Part shown: in pieces, positions 52,515 to 64,000 of the stretch
Position numbering within the stretch: position 1 is the stretch's first letter
Layout of the letters: the number at the start of each line of letters is the position of its first letter
NCBI RefSeq assembly: GCF_006345805.1
Contig: NC_043000.1
Coordinates: 46,934,001-46,998,000, forward strand
Direction: 5' to 3'
Length of the DNA: 64,000 nucleotides
Origin: Octopus sinensis
Lineage: Eukaryota
Made by a program: the position numbers and the translations under genes
The notes under the pieces: generated by a model
What the model was told of the DNA's origin: nothing
The model's input: only the letters and a program-made list of their open reading frames with translations
Databases searched by the model: none

Positions 52515-52890
52515 GGTTGTCAACAAATTGTCTTTGAAGTAATTTGAATGAAACAAATTACCTTGAAATGTTTAGCACCACATAAATTGTCTCTGGGCAC
52601 TTAATATCAGGTAAATTGTCTTGGTGTACTTATCAGCAGCTAATTTATCTTGAGGTGCTTAACAATAATTAAATTATATTGAGATAAATTTTCTTGACCT
52701 ACTTGATATCAGATCAATGTCTCTAGGTACCTGGAGACCCAGGTAAATTTCTCGAGATAATTACCACCAGAAGATTTATCCTCTAATACTTACCTTCAGG
52801 TAAATTGTTTGAGGTACTCAGCACCAGATATGTTGTAGAGTTACATATCATAAGATAAATTGACTTAAAGTAATTAGTAACAGGTATATT
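52515..52890. repeat. Degenerate ~29-bp minisatellite (approx. AGGTAAATTGTCTTGAGGTACTTACCATC, about 12-13 units)
   Basis: AA(A)TT anchors at 52525, 52555, 52584, 52613, 52642, 52671, 52745, 52802 and 52857. Confidence 0.7.
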
Positions 52891-53048
52891 GTATTGAGAA
52901 CTCAATTATATCTCTCTGTAGTTTTGTTCCATTCTGATACAATGAAATTCGCCTTACATCAACTCTGGCATCAATAAAGTAAGTGTTAATAGCATTCTAA
53001 GAGTGAAGGTGTTTTCAATCCATGCTACCAAACCTCTTCTTAACATAC

Positions 53049-53110
53049 CTGACATATTCGAGGTCTTGTGTCAGTGTAATAAAAAATCAATAATATTGAA
53101 GATGCTAGAG
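53049..53110 (-). CDS. Candidate 62-nt exon (xLASSILLIFYYTDTRPRICQ)
   Basis: Acceptor GTTTTTCAG, donor CAG|GTATGT, single open frame. Confidence 0.35.
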
Positions 53111-54376
53111 CTGAAAAACTATTTTATAATCACCCAAGTCCTGAGTCTCTTTGTAGTTGCATTCATAAAGGTCTAATAAAGTTTTTTTTTTTTCCTTGGT
53201 AAAGAAAGATGGGATCAATGCCCACACGTAGCGGTCAGTTAATAGATGAAAGGATATTTTGTAATTCAAGCCACTTTCACTATCAAAATGAATTTTCATG
53301 AATGGAAGCTAGCACCATATTGATCATTTGTAAAATTTCATCGATTGCTGTATCAAGAACGTTTTTTCTACATTTCTTTTTTTTTTTATTTTGGTTTCTT
53401 AGTTTTCTTTCTTTTTTATTGGATGGCAGCTTTTGTTTATCTTTGGTGATGAAAGAGAATAATGAAACCCATTGCTAAACTAATCTAATCAATAGATGGT
53501 TAGTTAGAGGTGAAAGTTGTTCCTACTGTTATTATTTGCTATCTGTCTCTATTATACATTATGTTTCTTACTGTTATTCAGTTGCTATCCCTCTTTAACT
53601 GTCTTCGTACTTAATGTGGTTTTGCTTCAGCTATTTTCAAATACTTTTGCTGAATTTCATTATAGTTATTTAGCGAAGGACACTGGATTAGAAGAATCAG
53701 CAGAGTATTGAGCATAATTCATTGTGATATTAAGCTATGTCGTTCAGTGTTCAAATCTTATCAAGATCAGTTTTGTTTTTCTTACTAAAATAAAGAATCA
53801 GTCAAGTGCTGAGGTTCATAGTATTAACCATTCAAAAACTGCTGGGCTTATGCCTAAATTAAAAACAAGGTTGATAGGTTTTTCAAAATCATTTGTGTGA
53901 GAAGAAATGCTTTACAATATTTCTTCTGTCACTTTATGGTCTGAGTTCAAATCTTGCTGATGTCAACTTTGGCTTTCATGTTTTTAGGGATGATAAAATA
54001 TAGTATCAGTTCAGTACTGGAGTCAATGGTATCACCTTGTACTTTCTCTTAAAAACTGTTGGTTTTATGACTCATCAGAAACAATCATTATTATACAATT
54101 ACTATCATTATTCTAGAGTTATTACATGCAGAATCTTTACCATGCTGGACTAAATGCATAGCAGCAATTCATCTTTGCATTCTGAGTTGAAATTACACAA
54201 ACGTCAGCTTTGCTTTTCATCCTTTCAGAGTTGATGAATTAGATGCAATTTGAACACTGGGGTCAATGTGATTGGCTAGATCCCACCCTACAAATTTCAG
54301 GCTTTCCTTGTGCATATGGCATAGAAAGGATTATTATTATTATTATTATTATATTATTATTATTATTATTATTATT

Positions 54377-54785
54377 CTATGTTTGACTTTTGCTTTATAT
54401 TTGTACAAATTGGCTCCAAGTCTCACCCAGAGATCTCAAGAGACAACAGGTTGGAAGTTCATGCCTAGTGTGCCATATATTTGGTGTTGTACTAGTGAAT
54501 GTCTAAAAAAAAAACATACGGAAATTTTGTTTGTCTTAAACCTTGAGATTACATAGAAAGTATTTTGTATAGGATATGAGCAGTTCCCATGAGCGCTCTC
54601 TTTTGAATTTCTGCCATTTTGGGGTTTCCTGGTATCTGAGTTAGGTAGCAATCAGCCCCTTTTGCTATCATTCCCAGGGCACCTATAACAACAGGTATTG
54701 TTTTAGTCTTCAGGTTCCACATTTTGTTGATTTCTATTTCAAGATCTTTATATTTGCTCAATTTTTGGTAGGTCTTGACAGGTCC
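54377..54785 (-). mobile_element. R4/Dong-like non-LTR retroelement 3' end (restriction-like endonuclease), copy 1
   Basis: LSKYKDLEIEINKMWNLKTKTIPVVIGALGMI..ALMGTAHIL, 3' UTR, flanked by (TAA)n on both sides. Confidence 0.8.
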
Positions 54786-54838
<53 letters not shown>

Positions 54839-54854
54839 TATTATTATTATTATT

Positions 54855-55263
54855 CTATGTTTGACTTTTGCTTTATATTTGTACAAATTGGCTCCAAGTC
54901 TCACCCAGAGATCTCAAGAGACAACAGGTTGGAAGTTCATGCCTAGTGTGCCATATATTTGGTGTTGTACTAGTGAATGTCTAAAAAAAAAACATACGGA
55001 AATTTTGTTTGTCTTAAACCTTGAGATTACATAGAAAGTATTTTGTATAGGATATGAGCAGTTCCCATGAGCGCTCTCTTTTGAATTTCTGCCATTTTGG
55101 GGTTTCCTGGTATCTGAGTTAGGTAGCAATCAGCCCCTTTTGCTATCATTCCCAGGGCACCTATAACAACAGGTATTGTTTTAGTCTTCAGGTTCCACAT
55201 TTTGTTGATTTCTATTTCAAGATCTTTATATTTGCTCAATTTTTGGTAGGTCTTGACAGGTCC
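54855..55263 (-). mobile_element. R4/Dong-like 3' end, copy 2 (tandem, period 478 bp)
   Basis: Apparently identical to copy 1, with the same truncation point. Confidence 0.8.
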
Positions 55264-55326
<63 letters not shown>

Positions 55327-55879
55327 TAAGATGGTGAGCTGGCAGAATCATCAGCACACCAAGCAAAATGTTTAGCGGCATTTTGTCTGCTATTACCTTC
55401 TGAGTTTGAATTCCACCAACATCAGTTTTGCCTTTCATCTTTTCTGGGTCGTTGAAATAAGTACCAGTTGAGCACTAGGGCTGATGTTATTTATTAGCCC
55501 CTCTACCCAAATTTCAGGCTTTGTGCCTTTAGTAGAAAGGATTATTATTATTGTTGCTGTTATTGTCGTCATCATTGTCATCATAGCCATCGTTGTTGTT
55601 AAGTTGAAAAGCTGACAGAATCAATAATGCATCATATAAAATTTTCAGTGGAATTTCTTCTGGCTTTTTACATTTTGAGTTCAAATCCTGCCAAGATCAA
55701 CTTCGTCTTTTATCCTTTTAGAATCGATAAAATAAAATACCACTCAAGTACTGGGATCAAGCTAATCAATTTACTTTTCCCCCTAAGAATAATAATTAAA
55801 AAAAAATATTAGCATTATTAATAAATTATTTTAGTTTCTCTTGACAATATTTGAATGGAGGGAAGGTGAGCTGGCTAGG

Positions 55880-56110
55880 GCGGCAAGCTGGCAGAAACGT
55901 TAGCACGCCGGGCGAAATGCGTAGCCGTATTTCGTCTGCCGTTACGTTCTGAGTTCAAATTCTGCCGAGGTTGACTTCACCTTTCATTTTTTCGGGGTCG
56001 ATTAAATAAGTACCAGTTATGCACTGAGGTCGATATAATCGACTTAATCCGTTTGTCTGTCCTTGTTTGTCCTCTCTGCGTTTAGCCCCTTGTGGGTAGT
56101 AAAGAAATAA
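55880..56110 (+). mobile_element. SINE-B
   Basis: GGCGGCAAGCTGGCAGAAACGTTAGC..GAGTTCAAATTC..GTAAAGAAATA. Confidence 0.9.
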
Positions 56111-58992
56111 ATATATTTTATGTCTGTCTTTGTTAAACTGAAGCTAATAATTTCTGTTTTAAAGAAATGACTAGTTTTGTACATTGACAACTCAGGCACT
56201 TCCACTGCACATCATTCTTTTTTTTTTCTTTTGCATTTCCCCATTTACCCCTCTACTGACCATTTTCCCATTACAAACCCATTTTTCCACTACAGAACAT
56301 TAACTTTCTGGATTCCTCTTGCTACTTAAGTCCTTCCTGCATCTGTTTAGACAGAGCATTAACAGCATCAACTCATCAGGCCTGCAAATATCATATACAC
56401 TACTTCCTCTTCCAAACTCAACTAATAAAGATAAGTTAAATAAATCTTATATCACTAAGTTAAAAATAACGGACTAAATAATACATGCAAGGCATTTTCA
56501 GTCTATTAACTGATTTACTATGGAAATCTGATATCTATACTCAAAATAACCACTTCTATTTCATTTTTATTTCCTTTCTTTTTATTTTGGTTTTGGTAGA
56601 TATTCAACGTCATTACTGGGATAACGGTGAAATTTAATTTCACAGTTAAAGAGTTAAAATATCTTTTTTATTTGGGGAAAGAAAAATAATAAAAAAACCT
56701 ACCAGTAAGTGCTAGTAGCTTCCAAAGAAAAGGAAAGATAATTTCAAGACATTAAGAATTAATATCTCAAGAATCTATAAACTGCTTAGTGGAAAATCTA
56801 GCATTTTTGGTTATTATAGTCATTTATTTATTTTAGTTTTGCAGAGTGGAACAAATATGGACATGTTATTGGAATTCTTCAGCATATTATAGTTATTGCA
56901 AGCCTACTTTTATCAGTTAATAAATTTTTGTGTATAGGAAAAACCTCATCAATAATATTAAGGCTAATATAATTTGAATTATGGAAGCTAATGGATGCAT
57001 CAAAAATGTGCCAAAGACAATTCAGTTCTACTAATTGGTTTCAAATTTTGATACAAGGCCAGCAATTTTACATCGACCCCAGTGCTCAACTGGTACTTAT
57101 TCTCTTGAACCTGAAAGGATGGAAGGCAAAGTTGACCTTTGAACTCAGAATGTAAAGATGTATGAAATGCTATTAAGTATTTTGCTGAGCATGCTAATGG
57201 TTCTGCCAGTTCACTGCCTTTATTCAGTTGCCAAAATCAAGAAGTGATATAATGAGTGATGCACCCTAAAGATCATCATCATCATCATCATCAAATTCAG
57301 AAGCAGAAGCACTATCATCATCATTTTATGCCCACTTTCTTTGGTGGCATGCATTGAACAGTTCAATAGGCTTTAGCATGTCAAAGTACCACAGCTTCCA
57401 ACAATATTTCAGTTTTGGTATGATTTCTATGCTTAGTTGCCCTGTCTAACGCCAATCATTTTAAAGAGTGTACTGAGGGGCTTTTTTCATGTCATCAGCA
57501 CAAGCAATGTCACATTCTAACTCAAAATACTAATGATCACCTCAGCTGAGAAGGAGAATATGGTAAGTAGATAATGACTTTAGATGAGGTAGTGAGAAGT
57601 GAAGATATGAAAGGAATTACATGTTTATCATAGTGAGAAGGGACTAGTGGAGAGACTGATAGAAACAGTGTTTCAGAAGTGTGTATAAGAAAGGAAAGAG
57701 AAAAATGTAGTGTCAGGGGTTAAGGTGTGTGGGGGGGATGGAGAGAGAGAGAGGAAGGGCTGGATGTGTTTGCATTACTAATTATCATCTCTCAAAACAA
57801 TAAATAGGAACAGGTAATTTAATTTAATTAATAATTAACCTCTTTAACATGGCGAGCTCACCATTTAAAATGTTTAGGGACATTTTATATGTCTCATGCT
57901 CTGAGTTCGAATTCCATCAAGGTTGACTTTGCTTTCATCCTTTTAGGGTCAATAAAATAAATACCAGTTGAACACTGAACTCAGTACAATTAGCTTATGC
58001 TACCCTCAAAATTGCTGGCCTTGTGTCAGAATTTGAAATCAATAATTAGTCTTTTAAAAGAAAGATGAGATTTATCACTAAAGAAATTTATTTTGAGATA
58101 CTAAAACTTAATTATCTGAAACTATTTCCCATTTCTCCAACTGAAATGGAAATTTCAATTAACTGAAAATGTTTTGCACACAGTACCCTTAATTATCTTA
58201 GCTAATGCATATCACATTTAATTTATTTATCTAAATTCATGGCATTAACCTACTTGAATTATTTCCCTTATTTCATTTCAAATTTTAATTATCATGAATA
58301 ACTGACAGCCACAAACTGAAAGTAACATGTGTTGGAGCTTTCATTTTGCCACCAGAAATTCATAAAATGTAATATAGGTTACTTTACTCACAACCAGCTA
58401 GAAAATTGCACAGATGGGAGTGTTAAAGTAAAATTGTATATAAAAATATTAAAAAGAAAACTTAATGAAATCATTATGATAACCTAGAGTGCGTTATAGT
58501 AGCAAAGCCTTGTTAAAATATAGCTTGAGGTTATGCTGAAATAAAATGAGATTTTTTTAAATGTTTATTTTTGTTCTATAGTTTTTTTATTAATATTTTT
58601 ACATGCTATATTTTCAAACCTAATCCTATTTTTATTTTAATTTATTATTTCTATTTCTTCTTGCTTCTAGAAATAATTTTGGATGAAATATTATACATTT
58701 GGCTAACTTCACAGGAAATTATTTAATTGCTTTTGTTGTTGCTTCGCCCCAAGTTTGCCTTCATTGAAGAAAAGCATTGCAAATATGATCAACCTCAACT
58801 GTATATTAAATTTTTTTTAAACTATAATTGTGGTATATTATTCCAAGGGTTCTTCTGTAATTTGAGGTTATTCAGTAGCTGCATTTTCTAGCAAGTCAAA
58901 TGATTTGTAGTTGTTTCTTTGTAACCGAAACAAGGTGTGTAAATTTAAAGGTTAATAGATCTGAACAAGAGTTTAATAGAATTCTCTAGATT

Positions 58993-59411
58993 AAAGGCAG
59001 CAAGCTGGCAGAAACGTCAGCACACCGGGCAAAATGCTTAGCGGTATTTCGTCTGTCGTTTCATTCTGAGTTCAGATTCCTCCAAGGTTGACTTTGCCTT
59101 TCAACCTTTTGGGGGCGATTAAATAAGTACCAGTTATGCACTGGGGTTGATATAATCGATTTAATCCGTTTGTCAGTCCTTGTTTCTCCTCTCTGTGTTT
59201 AGCCCCTTGTGGTTAGTAAAGAAATAGGTATTTCGTCTGTCATTTTGCTCTGAGTTCAAATTCTGCCAAGGTCGACTTTGCCTTTCATCTTTTCGGGGTC
59301 GATAAATTAAGTACCAGTTACGCACTGGGGGTCGATGTAATCGACTTAATCCCTTTGCCTGTCCTTGTTTGTTTCCTCTATGTTTAGCCTCTTGTGGGCA
59401 ATAAAGAAATA
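58993..59411 (+). mobile_element. Dimeric SINE-B within a single TSD
   Basis: TSD AGAATTCTCTAGATT at 58978-58992 and 59412-59426; second, headless monomer from about 59229. Confidence 0.85.
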
Positions 59412-59867
59412 AGAATTCTCTAGATTCTGAATTTCTACCTTGTCAGGACATATATTTAGCAGTGTTTTCTAACATGTTTGGATAAATAATTTGTTACAAA
59501 TTAACTTCTTTCCAATTAATCAAAATTTCTCTAGTTGTGATTGTTAGTGACTTTCAAAGTAAACAGAAGATAATTATGAGAAGTCAAAAATTAATCTCAT
59601 AAAATTAATTATAGTCATAAGTTTCAACTTTAGAACAACCATTGAGTTATACAGCTGATCTAGAGACATGAATCATTCCATAAAAGTTTTTCTGACTGAC
59701 AAAAAACTAATTATAGTCCTATATTGCAGATCAGTGGTTAATAGTACAAATGACATCTAACTAAAAGACAAAAGAAAATTTGATAAAACTGCTACTCACC
59801 TTTGCAAGCCATCATTGCCGTCCTTGTCGTTGTCATATCATTGTTGTTGTTGTCATTCTGATCATTG

Positions 59868-59916
<49 letters not shown>

Positions 59917-60039
59917 CTTTTCCATGCTTGCATGGGTCAGACAGAATCCATTGAGGTAAGTTTCCTGCAACTGGATGCCCTTTCTGTTGCCAATTAACAC
60001 CTGGTTCCAAGCAATATAACATTTACCCATCATGTTTCT

Positions 60040-60560
60040 GTGGGTATAAACAGGTCGGTTCTTCATTGGGTTTCAATAAGGGGTAGTACTTATCCATCTT
60101 CAAGTTCAGGATTGTGTCCAGGGGGTTGACCGTTGTCAAATTATTGGAGACTGTTATAAATTGGCAGAATTCTTTGAAGATCTTTATCAAATTCTTCCTG
60201 AATTTGTTCATGGTATAGCTGTTCATATGGCTTGAGATTGCCAGACTGATATCCCTATAAAGGGCCAAGCTATGGAGGACAAGTTCTGTAATAGCAGCCT
60301 TGTTCTTGCTCCCCATAGCCTCATTGAACAGGGATCAACTTCCTTCTTTACTCAGAAGGAATTATCATTAACCAAGATTGACTTTTTAACATTCATGATG
60401 ATTCTTATATTGAGGTTGCTGACATTGGTGTCAAATTATAGAGTTGTGAGGACTGTAATCTTATGGTGTACAAGGCAATCTGACTACCATTGGTGCCACT
60501 ATAAATCTGTCTAAGAAACACTGTTTAGTGGTTGGTAATCATTCAGAAATATGGACTGAG
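60040..60560 (-). mobile_element. Penelope-like RT fragment of YRDD type (Naiad/Chlamys- or Nematis-like)
   Basis: MGSKNKAAITELVLHSLALYRDISLAI..FRKNLIKIFKEF..ITVSNNLTTVNPLDTILNLKMDKYYPLLKPNEEP resembles MGSYDGAEVCELVG..LYRDDGLA..VNFLDVTLNL. Clade assignment is from memory. Confidence 0.7.
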
Positions 60561-61199
60561 AAGATTGTTTAGTCTTGTTAAGAATAAGGCAACATTACAT
60601 GTTCTTGTGTCACAATAAATTGCACTGAGCACACTCTGTTAGAAGAGACATTCTGACAAAGAAACTAAAACCAATAGGAAACATATGAGGGGGATGGGGT
60701 CATTGATCTGTCTATGAAAAGGATACCAGCATGAAAACTGAATGCAGAATGATGATTATGATGATAATGATGATGACATATATATATATATATATGTATA
60801 TTTATATGTATATGTATCAAGAATATTAATGATAAGGAGTATTATGAAATTGCATAACATTACTTTTAATTCTTTTCATATATATAAAGCATTACATAGA
60901 CCAACACATGTTTCAATGCACTGATTAGTAACAGTTGCAATTGCAACTTTACTATATAATACTGGTGCAGTTTCTTCAGGCTCTTTACTTAATATCCTTC
61001 TATTTAACTGTTTAATGTTTTTCATTTATCTATTCTGCTTTCTATGATGTGGAGTTGTCTGTTTTATATATATTTTATTTTCTATTTTATTTTATCTAGT
61101 TTCAGCTCACGAGCTGTGGCCATGCTGGGGCACCATATATATATATATATATATATATGCGTTTGTATGCTTGTATGTATGTGTGCGTGACTGTGTGGA

Positions 61200-61620
61200 A
61201 AGAAGGTGCAGGTGTGGGTGAATGGTAAGAAGCTGGCTTCCCAATGATATGGTTCTGGGTTCAGTCCCACTGTGATACCTTAGGAAAGTGCCTTCTACTA
61301 TAGACTCAGGCTAGCCAAAGCTTTGTGAGTGGATTTGGTTGACGGAAACTGGAAGAAGCCTGTAATATATATATATATGTACATATCTATGGGTATGCAT
61401 CTTTGTGTCTGTGTTTGTCCCCCTCCCCCATCATCATCGCTTGACAACTAGTGTTGATATTTTTACATCTCCGTAACATAGATCATGAAAAATGTCTGAT
61501 AAAATAAGTATCAGGTTTTAAAAAATAAGTCCTGGGGTCAATTTCTTGACTAAAACCCTTCAAGGTGATGTTCCAGCATGGCTGCAGTCTAATGACTGAA
61601 ACATGTAACAGAATAAAAGA
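61200..61620 (+). mobile_element. Diverged SINE-A
   Basis: Head, core and tail recognisable. Confidence 0.8.
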
Positions 61621-61625
61621 ATATA

Positions 61626-61957
61626 TCACCTTGATCACCTTGACCGACTAGTTTGTTGGGCGTCCATTTGACACCGCTGGTCACAGCATGTTGTCTACTC
61701 CTCTAAGGATCACGCCTTTCTCATCCATGTGATCCCAATTGCACACCTGAAATCGTAACTCCACCATCGTGGAGGCCTTCCGAGTGGTCGTTTCCACTTG
61801 CGCAGGTACCACTCGACAACTCCGCAGGTCCACCGATTATACAGGCGATGTGTCCAGCCCATCTAAACTTGCTGCGTGTATATTCTACAATGACATCCCT
61901 CATGCCAGACTTCTCTCTGATGACCTCGCTACTGATGCAACCCAAGAACAACCCGAG
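61626..61957 (-). mobile_element. RTE-1-like LINE 3' end
   Basis: SEVIREKSGMRDVIVEYTRSKFRWAGHIA; (GATCAAGGT)n tail at about 61626-61645. Confidence 0.85.
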
Positions 61958-62102
61958 TTTCAATAAAGGGTAGTATTTATTCGTCTTCAAGTTCAAGGTT
62001 GTGTCCAGGAGGTTGACCATTGTCAAATTATTGGAGACTGTTATAAATTGGCTGAATTCTTTGAGCATCTTTATTAAATTCTTCCTGAATTAGTCCATTG
62101 GT
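61958..62102 (-). mobile_element. 145-bp Penelope-like RT fragment flanked by 10-bp direct repeats
   Basis: Homologous to about 60068-60215; ACAACCCGAG at 61948-61957 and 62103-62112. Confidence 0.7.
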
Positions 62103-62129
62103 ACAACCCGAGCTACGAGCAGCTGCTAA

Positions 62130-62450
62130 AAGAATATATATCCGAACGTGGCCATTGCCAGCTCCACCCCGACTGGCCTCGTGCTGGTGGCACATAAAAA
62201 GCACCATCCGATCATGGCCGTTTGCCAGCCTCATCTGGCACCTGTGCCGGTGGCACGTAAAAAGCACCCACTACACTCACGGAGTGGTTGGTGTTAGGAA
62301 GAGCATCCAGCCGTAGAAACATTGCCAGATCAGACTGGGCCTGGTGCAGCCTTCTGGCTTCCCAGACCCCAGTTGAACCGTCCAACCCATGCTAGCATGG
62401 AAAGCGGACGCTAAATGATGATGATGATCATCATCATCATCATCATCATC
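62130..62450 (+). mobile_element. RTE-tail SINE with internal subrepeats
   Basis: Two GGTGGCAC.TAAAAAGCACC units, then the RTE tail and (GAT)n. Confidence 0.85.
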
Positions 62451-62779
62451 ATATATCTTCCTTTATTTTTATGTCTGTTTTTGTATGCTAGATTGAGTTA
62501 CATGAATATATATACTGTTGAAGTCTTATTCACTGCAGGTTTTCTTTCCTGCCACAAGCTCTTACCTCTTTCCTTTCTTTGTGTCTTTTTAGCAAGGGAG
62601 TTTTCAGTTCACACCACACACCTTTGAAAGTGCAGAGCTATTGGAACATCTGTTGACAAGGAAATGTCAATGGAAAATATTGAATGTAACTCATGTGTTT
62701 GCTGAACATAAACATTCTACCAGACTTGCTCACAATGAGTGCAAACACAAACATGAGCACTTACACAGGTGCAAACTCA

Positions 62780-62839
62780 TAAATATGCATGTATATATTA
62801 TATATATAAATATATATATATATAAACCAGTATATATAT

Positions 62840-62886
<47 letters not shown>

Positions 62887-63086
62887 CATACACGTGTGTG
62901 CGTATATATATATATATGCTTGTGTGTTTGTGTGTATCTGTGTGTACATACATATATATGCATATATATATATATATATTATATATATATATATAATATA
63001 TATATATATATATGTATACATACATATATATATATATATACACACACATATATATATATGCATACATATTTATATGTACATATAAG

Positions 63087-63128
<42 letters not shown>

Positions 63129-63150
63129 CATGCATATATGTATATATAAA
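62780..63150. repeat. TA/TG/CA microsatellite field
   Basis: Direct inspection. Confidence 0.95.
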
Positions 63151-64000
63151 TGTGGATGGTTGCCTGTATAAGTATAAATGTGTATGCAGCTCCATCATAA
63201 ACTGGACATGCTTATCACATGCAATCCCATCTTCTTCTAATATAAGCCAAACCATTCGACCATCTGTAATTTTTTACTTGCATCACTGACAGCTAAGCTA
63301 CATTTAGATGATAGATTCTTTGGCAATATGTCACTATACAAGCTTCCTCACTCCCATTAAGCTGCTCTAAATATAGCACCTTAGTATTACCAAATACCTG
63401 TTATCATTGCCTATCCAAAATGCTGTATATCATTTTTTTTTTTTTCAAATCATGTGTACAAAACTAACCCAACTTTTCTGTACTTATTAACTTTGATTTA
63501 TTATCTATAACTTGTAACCTTTCCATCATAATCTTATTTTAGCATTTTAGTTCCATATATCAGTATTTAAACATTTACTTACATTATTTCTATTTGATTA
63601 TAAACCAGTCATATTTGTGGATGTAGTTTATAGGTGAAATTTCTTTACTATAAACAGATCCTACACTGGAGTATATCTATTGCCAATCATAGCAAAGGCA
63701 TGGAAATGGTAGTGATCAGTGACTCAGTCAAGCTCTTAAGTTTGAATATTTATTCACACATACACACACACACATATGTACATATATATATATATACATG
63801 TGTGTATGCATATATAGAAGTTATGAGAGGTAATGGGGTCAATAAGACCCAAGGTGTCAGGTAATGCTGAGTAAGTGCTATAGATAGACCATAGTTAAGC
63901 TCCAGGTTCGGTGATTATGTGAAACCCTGGATGCAATAGCACTGTATACAAACTCTATGCTTGGAATGACCAATTTTAAATACTATTGGAATTTACTCAC

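Noticed and set aside
52515-52890. CRISPR-like array
   Set aside because: Contiguous degenerate units without unique spacers, no cas genes, and a eukaryotic context.
52922-52978. Plus-strand exon with strong splice sites
   Set aside because: Stops in all three frames; at most a non-coding exon, and unsupported.
59790-59900. Strong minus-strand donor AAG|GTGAGT as a coding exon end
   Set aside because: The upstream sequence is an ATG/AAC microsatellite belonging to a repeat tail, with no good acceptor.

Overview
AT-rich, repeat-dense eukaryotic DNA. The tRNA-headed SINE families and the (TA)n/(CA)n/(TATG)n fields point to an octopod cephalopod (Octopus-like); this is an inference from repeat content. 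Almost all ORFs in the supplied track are microsatellite or SINE translation artefacts. Protein-coding remnants I can recognise are all decayed transposons: a Ty3/Gypsy gag-protease-RT (0.3-2.0 kb), a Chapaev/CMC-like transposase split by nested retro-insertions (10-12.7 kb), a CR1 3' end, several RTE pieces, a Penelope-like RT+GIY-YIG (35.7-37.3 kb), a second, different Penelope-like RT lineage (60 and 62 kb), a mariner D34D transposase (49.4-50.4 kb), a duplicated R4/Dong-like RLE 3' end (54.4-55.3 kb) and a Helitron-like element. The most distinctive signal is a set of Penelope-type fold-back terminal repeats carrying hammerhead-ribozyme motifs; one at 33875-33957 (minus) has an intact catalytic core and all three stems. 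No host gene could be named. Several short candidate exons, including a 6-nt microexon candidate, are reported as low-confidence hypotheses. SINE-A/B/C are my working labels, not formal family names. Coordinates of degenerate repeats are approximate and were read by eye.
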